From: the human T2T-CHM13v2.0 reference genome, Homo sapiens
NCBI RefSeq assembly: GCF_009914755.1
Contig: NC_060925.1
Length of the DNA: 64,000 nt
Strand: one strand, 5' to 3'
A program made the position numbers and the translations under genes. Below the pieces are notes generated by a model. It saw nothing but the letters and a program-made list of their open reading frames with translations, was not told the DNA's origin and did no database searches. This document shows, in pieces, positions 14,801 through 29,000 of the stretch; positions within the stretch are counted from its first letter, which is position 1; the number at the start of each line of letters is the position of its first letter.

Positions 14801-17800
14801 ATCATTGAACAGAATTGAATGGAATCGTCATCGAATGAATTGAATGCAATCATCGAATGGTCTCGAATGGAATCATCTTCTAATGGAAAGGAATGGAATC
14901 ATCGCATAGAATCGAATGGAATTATCATCGAATGGAATCAAATGGTATCAACACCAAACGGAAAAAAACGGAATTATCGAATGGAATCGAAGAGAATCTT
15001 CGAACGGACCCGAATGGAATCATCTAATGGAATGGAATGGAATAATCCATGGACGCGAATGCAATCATCATCGAATGGAATGGAATGGAATCATCGAATG
15101 GACTCGAATGGAATAATCATTGAACGGAATCGAATGGAATCATCATCGGATGGAAACGAATGGAATCATCATCGAATGGAAATGAAAGGAGTCATCATCT
15201 AATGGAATTGCATGGAATCATCATAAAATGGAATCGAAAGGAATCAACATCAAATGGAATCAAATGGAATCATTGAACGGAATTGAATGGAATCGTCATC
15301 GAATGAATTGACTGCAATCATCGAATGGTCTCGAATGGAATCATCTTCAAATGGAATGGAATGGAATCATCGCATAGAATCGAATGGAATTATCATCGAA
15401 TGGAATCGAATGGAATCAACATCAAATGGAAAAAAACGGAATTATCGAATGGAATCGAAGAGAATCATCGAATGGACCCGAATGGAATCATCTAATGGAA
15501 TGGAATGGAATAATCCATGGACTCGAATGCAATCATCATCGAATGGAATCGAATGGAATCATCGAATGGACTCGAATGGAATAATCATTGAACGGAATCG
15601 AATGGAATCATCATCGGATGGAAATGAATGGAATCATCATCGAATGGAATCGAATATAATTATGGAATGAAATCCAGTGTGATCATCATCGAATGGACCC
15701 GAATGGAATCATCATCCAACGGAAGCTAATGGAATCAACATCGAATGAATCGAATGGAAACACCATCGAATTGAAACGAATGGAATTATTATGAAATTGA
15801 AATGGATGGACTCATCATCGAATGGATTCGAATGGAATCATCGAATAAAATTGATTGAAATCATCATCCAATGGAATCGAATGGTATCATTGAATGGAAT
15901 CGAATGGAATCATCATCAGATGGAAATGAATGGAATCGTCATAGAATGGAATCGAATGGATTCATTGAATGGAATCAGATGGAATCATCGAATGGACTGG
16001 AATGGAATCATTGAATGGACTCGAAAGGGATCATGATTGAATGGAATTGAATGGAATCATCGAATGGTCTCGATTGGAATCATTATCAAATGGAATCGAA
16101 TGGAATCACCGAATAGAATCGAATGGAACAATCATCGAATGGACTCAAATGGAATTATCCTCCAATGGAATCGAATGGAATTATCGAATGCAATCGAATG
16201 GAATTATCGAATGCAATCGAATAGAATCATCGAATGGACTCGAATGGAATCATCGAATGGAATGGAATGGAACAGTCAATGAACTCGAATGGAATCATCA
16301 TTGATTGGAATCGAATGGAATCATCGAGTGGAATCGAATGGAATTATGATCAAATGGAATCGAATGTAATCATCATCAAATGGAATCAAAAATAACCATC
16401 ATCAATTGGTATTGAATGGAATTGTCATCAAATGGAATTCAAAGGAATCATCATCAAATGGAACCGAATGGAATCCTCATTGAATGGAAATGAAAGGGGT
16501 CATCATCTAATGGAAGCGCATGGAATCATCATCAAATGGAATCGAATGGAATCATCATCAAATGGAATCTAATGGAATCATTGAACAGAATTGAATGGAA
16601 TCGTCATCGAATGAGTTGAATGCAATCATCGAATGGTCTCGAATGGAATCATCTTCTAATGGAAAGGAATGGAATCATCGCATAGAATCGAATGGAATTA
16701 TCATCGAATGGAATCGAATGGTATCAACACCAAACGGAAAAAAACGGAATTATCGAATGGAATCGAAGAGAATCTTCGAACGGACCCGAATGGAATCATC
16801 TAATGGAATGGAATGGAATAATCCATGGACTCGAATGCAATCATCATCGAATGGAATCGAATGGAATCATCGAATGGACTCGAATGGAATAATCATTGAA
16901 CGGAATCGAATGGAATCATCATCGGATGGAAACGAATGGAATCATCATCGAATGGAAATGAAAGGAGTCATCATCTAATGGAATTGCATGGAATCATCAT
17001 AAAATGCAATCGAATGGAATCAACATCAAATGGAATCAAATGGAATCATTGAACGGAATTGAATGGAATCGTCATCGAATGAATTGACTGCAATCATCGA
17101 ATGGTCTCGAATGGAATCATCTTCAAATGGAATGGAATGGAATCATCGCATAGAATCGAATGGAATTATCATCGAATGGAATCGAATGGAATCAACATCA
17201 AACGGAAAAAAACAGAATTATCGTATGGAATCTAAGAGAATCATCGAATGGACCCGAATGGAATCATCTAATGGAATGGAATGGAATAATCCATGGACTC
17301 GAATGCAATCATCATCGAATGGAATCGAATGGAATCATCGAATGGACTCGAATGGAATAATCATTGAACGGAATCGAATGGAATCATCATCGGATGGAAA
17401 TGAATGGAATCATCATCGAATGGAATCGAATAGAATTATGGAATGAAATCCAGTGTGATCATCATCGAATGGACCCGAATGGAATCATCATCCAACGGAA
17501 GCTAATGGAATCAACATCGAATGAATCGAATGGAAACACCATCGAATTGAAACGAATGGAATTATCATGAAATTGAAATGGATGGACACATCATCGAATG
17601 GATTCGAATGGAATCATCGAATAAAATTGATTGAAATCATCATCAAATGGAATCGAATGGTATCATTGAATGGAATCGAATGGAATCATCATCAGATGGA
17701 AATGAATGGAATCGTCATAGAATGGAATCGAATGGATTCATTGAATGGAATCAGATGGAATCATCGAATGGACTGGAATGGAATCATTGAATGGACTCGA

Positions 17801-18370
17801 AAGGGATCATGATTGAATGGAATTGAATGGAATCATCGAATGGTCTCGATTGGAATCATTACCAAATGGAATCGAATGGAATCACCGAATAGAATCGAAT
17901 GGAACAATCATCGAATGGACTCAAATGGAATTATCCTCAAATGGAATCGAATGGAATTATCGAATGCAATCGAATGGAATTATCGAATGCAATCGAATAG
18001 AATCATCGAATGGACTCGAATGGAATCATCGAATGGAATGGAATGGAACAGTCAATGAACTCGAATGGAATCATCATTGAATGGAATCGAATGGAATCAT
18101 CGAGTGGAATCGAATGGAATTATGATCAAATGGAATCGAATGTATTCATCATCAAATGGAATCAAAAATAACCATCATCAATTGGTATTGAATGGAATTG
18201 TCATCAAATGGAATTCAAAGGAATCATCATCAAATGGAACCGAATGGAATCCTCATTGAATGGAAATGAAAGGGGTCATCATCTAATGGAATCGCATGGA
18301 ATCATCATCAAATGGAATCGAATGGAATCATCATCAAATGGAATCTAATGGAATCATTGAACAGAATTGA

Positions 18371-20045
18371 ATGGAATCGTCATCGAATGAATTGAATGCA
18401 ATCATCGAATGGTCTCGAATGGAATCATCTTCTAATGGAAAGGAATGGAATCATCGCATAGAATCGAATGGAATTATCATCGAATGGAATCGAATGGTAT
18501 CAACACCAAACGGAAAAAAACGGAATTATCGAATGGAATCGAAGAGAATCTTCGAACGGACCCGAATGGAATCATCTAATGGAATGGAATGGAATAATCC
18601 ATGGACTCGAATGCAATCATCATCGAATGGAAATGAAAGGAGTCATCATCTAATGGAATTGCATGGAATCATCATAAAATGGAATCAAATGGAATCAACC
18701 TCAAATGGAATCAAGTGGAATCATTGAACGGAATTGAATGGAATCGTCATCGAATGAATTGACTGCAATCATCGAATGGTCTCGAATGGAATCATCTTCA
18801 AATGGAATGGAATGGAATCATCGCATAGAATCGAATGGAATTATCATCGAATGGAATCGAATGGAATCAACATCAAACGGAAAAAAACGGAATTATCGAA
18901 TGGAATCGAAGAGAATCATCGAATGGACCCGAATGGAATCATCTAATGGAATGGAATGGAATAATCCATGGACTCGAATGCAATCATCATCGAATGGAAT
19001 CGAATGGAATCATCGAATGGACTCGAATGGAATAATCATTGAACGGAATCGAATGGAATCATCATCGGATGGAAATGAATGGAATCATCATCGAATGGAA
19101 TCGAATAGAATTATGGAATGAAATCCAGTGTGATCATCATCGAATGGACCCGAATGGAATCATCATCCAACGGAAGCTAATGGAATCAACATCGAATGAA
19201 TCGAATGGAAACACCATCGAATTGAAACGAATGGAATTATCATGAAATTGAAATGGATGGACTCATCATCGAATGGATTCGAATGGAATCATCGAATAAA
19301 ATTGATTGAAATCATCATCGAATGGAATCGAATGGTATCATTGAATGGAATCGAATGGAATCATCATCAGATGGAAATGAATGGAATCGTCATAGAATGG
19401 AATCGAATGGATTCATTGAATGGAATCAGATGGAATCATCGAATGGACTGGAATGGAATCATTGAATGGACTCGAAAGGGATCATGATTGAATGGAATTG
19501 AATGGAATCATCGAATGGTCTCGATTGGAATCATTATCAAATGGAATCGAATGGAATCACCGAATAGAATCGAATGGAACAATCATCGAATGGACTCAAA
19601 TGGAATTATCCTCCAATGGAATCGAATGGAATTATCGAATGCTATCGAATGGAATTATCGAATGCAATCGAATAGAATCATCGAATGGACTCGAATGGAA
19701 TCATCGAATGGAATGGAATGGAACAGTCAATGAACTCGAATGGAATCATCATTGAATGGAATCGAATGGAATCATCGAGTGGAATCGAATGGAATTATGA
19801 TCAAATGGAATCGAATGTAATCATCATCAAATGGAATCAAAAATAACCATCATCAATTGGTATTGAATGGAATTGTCATCAAATGGAATTCAAAGGAATC
19901 ATCATCAAATGGAACCGAATGGAATCCTCATTGAATGGAAATGAAAGGGGTCATCATCTAATGGAATCGCATGGAATCATCATCAAATGGAATCGAATGG
20001 AATCATCATCAAATGGAATCTAATGGAATCATTGAACAGAATTGA
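18371..20045 (+). repeat. Variant unit of 1,675 bp (101-bp deletion in A, junction 18615-18632)
   Basis: Anchor spacing 18371 to 20046. GCAATCATCATCGAATGGAA runs straight into ATGAAAGGAGTC. Confidence 0.93.
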
Positions 20046-23000
20046 ATGGAATCGTCATCGAATGAATTGAATGCAATCATCGAATGGTCTCGAATGGAAT
20101 CATCTTCTAATGGAAAGGAATGGAATCATCGCATAGAATCGAATGGAATTATCATCGAATGGAATCGAATGGTATCAACACCAAACGGAAAAAAACGGAA
20201 TTATCGAATGGAATCGAAGAGAATCTTCGAACGGACCCGAATGGAATCATCTAATGGAATGGAATGGAATAATCCATGGACTCGAATGCAATCATCATCG
20301 AATGGAATCGAATGGAATCATCGAATGGACTCGAATGGAATAATCATTGAACGGAATCGAATGGAATCATCATCGGATGGAAACGAATGGAATCATCATC
20401 GAATGGAAATGAAAGGAGTCATCATCTAATGGAATTGCATGGAATCATCATAAAATGGAATCGAATGGAATCAACATCAAATGGAATCAAATGGAATCAT
20501 TGAACGGAATTGAATGGAATCGTCATCGAATGAATTGACTGCAATCATCGAATGGTCTCGAATGGAATCATCTTCAAATGGAATGGAATGGAATCATCGC
20601 ATAGAATCGAATGGAATTATCATCGAATGGAATCGAATGGAATCAACATCAAATGGAAAAAACGGAATTATCGAATGGAATCGAAGAGAATCATCGAATG
20701 GACCCGAATGGAATCATCTAATGGAATGGAATGGAATAATCCATGGACTCGAATGCAATCATCATCGAATGGAATCGAATGGAATCATCGAATGGACTCG
20801 AATGGAATAATCATTGAACGGAATCGAATGGAATCATCATCGGATGGAAATGAATGGAATCATCATCGAATGGAATCGAATAGAATTATGGAATGAAATC
20901 CAGTGTGATCATCATCGAATGGACCCGAATGGAATCATCATCCAACGGAAGCTAATGGAATCAACATCGAATGAATCGAATGGAAACACCATCGAATTGA
21001 AACGAATGGAATTATCATGAAATTGAAATGGATGGACTCATCATCGAATGGATTCGAATGGAATCATCGAATAAAATTGATTGAAATCATCATCGAATGG
21101 AATCGAATGGTATCATTGAATGGAATCGAATGGAATCATCATCAGATGGAAATGAATGGAATTGTCATAGAATGGAATCGAATGGATTCATTGAATGGAA
21201 TCAGATGGAATCATCGAATGGACTGGAATGGAATCATTGAATGGACTCGAAAGGGATCATGATTGAATGGAATTGAATGGAATCATCGAATGGTCTCGAT
21301 TGGAATCATTATCAAATGGAATCGAATGGAATCACCGAATAGAATCGAATGGAACAATCATCGAATGGACTCAAATGGAATTATCCTCAAATGGAATCGA
21401 ATGGAATTATCGAATGCAATCGAATGGAATTATCGAATGCAATCGAATAGAATCATCGAAAGGACTCGAATGGAATCATCGAATGGAATGGAATGGAACA
21501 GTCAATGAACTCGAATGGAATCATCATTGAATGGAATCGAATGGAATCGTCGAGTGGAATCGAATGGAATTATGATCAAATGGAATCGAATGTAATCATC
21601 ATCAAATGGAATCAAAAATAACCATCATCAATTGGTATTGAATGGAATTGTCATCAAATGGAATTCAAAGGAATCATCATCAAATGGAACCGAATGGAAT
21701 CCTCATTGAATGGAAATGAAAGGGGTCATCATCTAATGGAATCGCATGGAATCATCATCAAATGGAATCGAATGGAATCATCATCAAATGGAATCTAATG
21801 GAATCATTGAAAAGAATTGAATGGAATCGTCATCGAATGAATTGAATGCAATCATCGAATGGTCTCGAATGGAATCATCTTCTAATGGAAAGGAATGGAA
21901 TCATCGCATAGAATCGAATGGAATTATCATCGAATGGAATCGAATGGTATCAACACCAAACGGAAAAAAACGGAATTATCGAATGGAATCGAAGAGAATC
22001 TTCGAACGGACCCGAATGGAATCATCTAATGGAATGGAATGGAATAATCCATGGACTCGAATGCAATCATCATCGAATGGAATGGAATGGAATCATCGAA
22101 TGGACTCGAATGGAATAATCATTGAACGGAATCGAATGGAATCATCATCGGATGGAAACGAATGGAATCATCATCGAATGGAAATGAAAGGAGTCATCAT
22201 CTAATGGAATTGCATGGAATCATCATAAAATGGAATCGAATGGAATCAACATCAAATGGAATCAAATGGAATCATTGAACGGAATTGAATGGAATCGTCA
22301 TCGAATGAATTGACTGCAATCATCGAATGGTCTCGAATGGAATCATCTTCAAATGGAATGGAATGGAATCATCGCATAGAATCGAATGGAATTATCATCG
22401 AATGGAATCGAATGGAATCAACATCAAACGGAAAAAAACGGAATTATCGAATGGAATCGAAGAGAATCATCGAATGGACCCGAATGGAATCATCTAATGG
22501 AATGGAATGGAATAATCCATGGACTCGAATGCAATCATCATCGAATGGAATCGAATGGAATCATCGAATGGACTCGAATGGAATAATCATTGAACGGAAT
22601 CGAATGGAATCATCATCGGATGGAAATGAATGGAATCATCATCGAATGGAATCGAATAGAATTATGGAATGAAATCCAGTGTGATCATCATCGAATGGAC
22701 CCGAATGGAATCATCATCCAACGGAAGCTAATGGAATCAACATCGAATGAATCGAATGGAAACACCATCGAATTGAAACGAATGGAATTATCATGAAATT
22801 GAAATGGATGGACTCATCATCGAATGGATTCGAATGGAATCATCGAATAAAATTTATTGAAATCATCATCCAATGGAATCGAATGGTATCATTGAATGGA
22901 ATCGAATGGAATCATCATCAGATGGAAATGAATGGAATCGTCATAGAATGGAATCGAATGGATTCATTGAATGGAATCAGATGGAATCATCGAATGGACT

Positions 23001-26000
23001 GGAATGGAATCATTGAATGGACTCGAAAGGGATCATGATTGAATGGAATTGAATGGAATCATCGAATGGTCTCGATTGGAATCATTATCAAATGGAATCG
23101 AATGGAATCACCAAATAGAATCGAATGGAACAATCATCGAATGGACTCAAATGGAATTATCCTCAAATGGAATCGAATGGAATTATCGAATGCAATCGAA
23201 TGGAATTATCGAATGCAATCGAATAGAATCATCGAAAGGACTCGAATGGAATCATCGAATGGAATGGAATGGAACAGTCAATGAACTCGAATGGAATCAT
23301 CATTGAATGGAATCGAATGGAATCATCGAGTGGAATCGAATGGAATTATGATCAAATGGAATCGAATGTAATCATCATCAAATGGAATCAAAAATAACCA
23401 TCATCAATTGGTATTGAATGGAATTGTCATCAAATGGAATTCAAAGGAATCATCATCAAATGGAACCGAATGGAATCCTCATTGAATGGAAATGAAAGGG
23501 GTCATCATCTAATGGAATCGCATGGAATCATCATCAAATGGAATCGAATGGAATCATCATCAAATGGAATCTAATGGAATCATTGAACAGAATTGAATGG
23601 AATCGTCATCGAATGAATTGAATGCAATCATCGAATGGTCTCGAATGGAATCATCTTCTAATGGAAAGGAATGGAATCATCGCATAGAATCGAATGGAAT
23701 TATCATCGAATGGAATCGAATGGTATCAACACCAAACGGAAAAAAACGGAATTATCGAATGGAATCGAAGAGAATCTTCGAACGGACCCGAATGGAATCA
23801 TCTAATGGAATGGAATGGAATAATCCATGGACTCGAATGCAATCATCATCGAATGGAATGGAATGGAATCATCGAATGGACTCGAATGGAATAATCATTG
23901 AACGGAATCGAATGGAATCATCATCGGATGGAAACGAATGGAATCATCATCGAATGGAAATGAAAGGAGTCATCATCTAATGGAATTGCATGGAATCATC
24001 ATAAAATGGAATCGAATGGAATCAACATCAAATGGAATCAAATGGAATCATTGAACGGAATTGAATGGAATCGTCATCGAATGAATTGACTGCAATCATC
24101 GAATGGTCTCGAATGGAATCATCTTCAAATGGAATGGAATGGAATCATCGCATAGAATCGAATGGAATTATCATCGAATGGAATCGAATGGAATCAACAT
24201 CAAACGGAAAAAAACGGAATTATCGAATGGAATCGAAGAGAATCATCGAATGGACCCGAATGGAATCATCTAATGGAATGGAATGGAATAATCCATGGAC
24301 TCGAATGCAATCATCATCGAATGGAATCGAATGGAATCATCGAATGGACTCGAATGGAATAATCATTGAACGGAATCGAATGGAATCATCATCGGATGGA
24401 AATGAATGGAATCATCATCGAATGGAATCGAATAGAATTATGGAATGAAATCCAGTGTGATCATCATCGAATGGACCCGAATGGAATCATCATCCAACGG
24501 AAGCTAATGGAATCAACATCGAATGAATCGAATGGAAACACCATCGAATTGAAACGAATGGAATTATCATGAAATTGAAATGGATGGACTCATCATCGAA
24601 TGGATTCGAATGGAATCATCGAATAAAATTTATTGAAATCATCATCCAATGGAATCGAATGGTATCATTGAATGGAATCGAATGGAATCATCATCAGATG
24701 GAAATGAATGGAATCGTCATAGAATGGAATCGAATGGATTCATTGAATGGAATCAGATGGAATCATCGAATGGACTGGAATGGAATCATTGAATGGACTC
24801 GAAAGGGATCATGATTGAATGGAATTGAATGGAATCATCGAATGGTCTCGATTGGAATCATTATCAAAAGGAATCGAATGGAATCACCGAATAGAATCGA
24901 ATGGAACAATCATCGAATGGACTCAAATGGAATTATCCTCAAATGGAATCGAATGGAATTATCGAATGCAATCGAATGGAATTATCGAATGCAATCGAAT
25001 AGAATCATCGAATGGACTCGAATGGAATCATCGAATGGAATGGAATGGAACAGTCAATGAACTCGAATGGAATCATCATTGAATGGAATCGAATGGAATC
25101 ATCGAGTGGAATCGAATGGAATTATGATCAAATGGAATCGAATGTAATCATCATCAAATGGAATCAAAAATAACCATCATCAATTGGTATTGAATGGAAT
25201 TGTCATCAAATGGAATTCAAAGGAATCATCATCAAATGGAACCGAATGGAATCCTCATTGAATGGAAATGAAAGGGGTCATCATCTAATGGAATCGCATG
25301 GAATCATCATCAAATGGAATCGAATGGAATCATCATCAAATGGAATCTAATGGAATCATTGAACAGAATTGAATGGAATCGTCATCGAATGAATTGAATG
25401 CAATCATCGAATGGTCTCGAATGGAATCATCTTCTAATGGAAAGGAATGGAATCATCGCATAGAATCGAATGGAATTATCATCGAATGGAATCGAATGGT
25501 ATCAACACCAAACGGAAAAAAACGGAATTATCGAATGGAATCGAAGAGAATCTTCGAACGGACCCGAATGGAATCATCTAATGGAATGGAATGGAATAAT
25601 CCATGGACTCGAATGCAATCATCATCGAATGGAATGGAATGGAATCATCGAATGGACTCGAATGGAATAATCATTGAACGGAATCGAATGGAATCATCAT
25701 CGGATGGAAACGAATGGAATCATCATCGAATGGAAATGAAAGGAGTCATCATCTAATGGAATTGCATGGAATCATCATCAAATGGAATCGAATGGAATCA
25801 ACATCAAATGGAATCAAATGGAATCATTGAACGGAATTGAATGGAATCGTCATCGAATGAATTGACTGCAATCATCGAATGGTCTCGAATGGAATCATCT
25901 TCAAATGGAATGGAATGGAATCATCGCATAGAATCGAATGGAATTATCATCGAATGGAATCGAATGGAATCAACATCAAACGGAAAAAAACGGAATTATC

Positions 26001-29000
26001 GAATGGAATCGAAGAGAATCATCGAATGGACCCGAATGGAATCATCTAATGGAATGGAATGGAATAATCCATGGACTCGAATGCAATCATCATCGAATGG
26101 AATCGAATGGAATCATCGAATGGACTCGAATGGAATAATCATTGAACGGAATCGAATGGAATCATCATCGGATGGAAATGAATGGAATCATCATCGAATG
26201 GAATCGAATAGAATTATGGAATGAAATCCAGTGTGATCATCATCGAATGGACCCGAATGGAATCATCATCCAACGGAAGCTAATGGAATCAACATCGAAT
26301 GAATCGAATGGAAACACCATCGAATTGAAACGAATGGAATTATCATGAAATTGAAATGGATGGACTCATCATCGAATGGATTCGAATGGAATCATCGAAT
26401 AAAATTGATTGAAATCATCATCCAATGGAATCGAATGGTATCATTGAATGGAATCGAATGGAATCATCATCAGATGGAAATGAATGGAATCGTCATAGAA
26501 TGGAATCGAATGGATTCATTGAATGGAATCAGATGGAATCATCGAATGGACTGGAATGGAATCATTGAATGGACTCGAAAGGGATCATGATTGAATGGAA
26601 TTGAATGGAATCATCGAATGGTCTCGATTGGAATCATTATCAAAAGGAATCGAATGGAATCACCGAATAGAATCGAATGGAACAATCATCGAATGGACTC
26701 AAATGGAATTATCCTCAAATGGAATCGAATGGAATTATCGAATGCAATCGAATGGAATTATCGAATGCAATCGAATAGAATCATCGAATGGACTCGAATG
26801 GAATCATCGAATGGAATGGAATGGAACAGTCAATGAACTCGAATGGAATCATCATTGAATGGAATCGAATGGAATCATCGAGTGGAATCGAATGGAATTA
26901 TGATCAAATGGAATCGAATGTAATCATCATCAAATGGAATCAAAAATAACCATCATCAATTGGTATTGAATGGAATTGTCATCAAATGGAATTCAAAGGA
27001 ATCATCATCAAATGGAACCGAATGGAATCCTCATTGAATGGAAATGAAAGGGGTCATCATCTAATGGAATCGCATGGAATCATCATCAAATGGAATCGAA
27101 TGGAATCATCATCAAATGGAATCTAATGGAATCATTGAACAGAATTGAATGGAATCGTCATCGAATGAATTGAATGCAATCATCGAATGGTCTCGAATGG
27201 AATCATCTTCTAATGGAAAGGAATGGAATCATCGCATAGAATCGAATGGAATTATCATCGAATGGAATCGAATGGTATCAACACCAAACGGAAAAAAACG
27301 GAATTATCGAATGGAATCGAAGAGAATCTTCGAACGGACCCGAATGGAATCATCTAATGGAATGGAATGGAATAATCCATGGACTCGAATGCAATCATCA
27401 TCGAATGGAATGGAATGGAATCATCGAATGGACTCGAATGGAATAATCATTGAACGGAATCGAATGGAATCATCATCGGATGGAAACGAATGGAATCATC
27501 ATCGAATGGAAATGAAAGGAGTCATCATCTAATGGAATTGTATGGAATCATCATAAAATGGAATCGAATGGAATCAACATCAAATGGAATCAAATGGAAA
27601 AATTGAACAGAATTGAATGGATTCGTCATCGAATGAATTGACTGCAATCATCGAATGGTCTCGAATGGAATCATCTTCAAATGGAATGGAATGGAATCAT
27701 CGCATAGAATCGAATGGAATTATCATCGAATGGAATCGAATGGAATCAACATCAAACGGAAAAAAACGGAATTATCGAATGGAATCGAAGAGAATCATCG
27801 AATGGACCCGAATGGAATCATCTAATGGAATGGAATGGAATAATCCATGGACTCGAATGCAATCATCATCGAATGGAATCGAATGGAATCATCGAATGGA
27901 CTCGAATGGAATAATCATTGAACGGAATCGAATGGAATCATCATCGGATGGAAATGAATGGAATCATCATCGAATGGAATCGAATAGAATTATGGAATGA
28001 AATCCAGTGTGATCATCATCGAATGGACCCGAATGGAATCATCATCCAACGGAAGCTAATGGAATCAACATCGAATGAATCGAATGGAAACACCATCGAA
28101 TTGAAACGAATGGAATTATCATGAAATTGAAATGGATGGACTCATCATCGAATGGATTCGAATGGAATCATCGAATAAAATTGATTGAAATCATCATCGA
28201 ATGAAATCGAATGGTATCATTGAATGGAATCGAATGGAATCATCATCAGATGGAAATGAATGGAATCGTCATAGAATGGAATCGAATGGATTCATTGAAT
28301 GGAATCAGATGGAATCATCGAATGGACTGGAATGGAATCATTGAATGGACTCGAAAGGGATCATTATTGAATGGAATTGAATGGAATCATCGAATGGTCT
28401 CGATTGGAATCATTATCAAATGGAATCGAATGGAATCACCGAATAGAATCGAATGGAACAATCATCGAATGGACTCAAATGGAATTATCCTCAAATGGAA
28501 TCGAATGGAATTATCGAATGCAATCGAATGGAATTATCGAATGCAATCGAATAGAATCATCGAATGGACTCGAATGGAATCATCGAATGGAATGGAATGG
28601 AACAGTCAATGAACTCGAATGGAATCATCATTGAATGGAATCGAATGGAATCATCGAGTGGAATCGAATGGAATTATGATCAAATGGAATCGAATGTAAT
28701 CATCATCAAATGGAATCAAAAATAACCATCATCTATTGGTATTGAATGGAATTGTCATCAAATGGAATTCAAAGGAATCATCATCAAATGGAACCGAATG
28801 GAATCCTCATTGAATGGAAATGAAAGGGGTCATCATCTAATGGAATCGCATGGAATCATCATCAAATGGAATCGAATGGAATCATCATCAAATGGAATCT
28901 AATGGAATCATTGAACAGAATTGAATGGAATCGTCATCGAATGAATTGAATGCAATCATCGAATGGTCTCGAATGGAATCATCTTCTAATGGAAAGGAAT

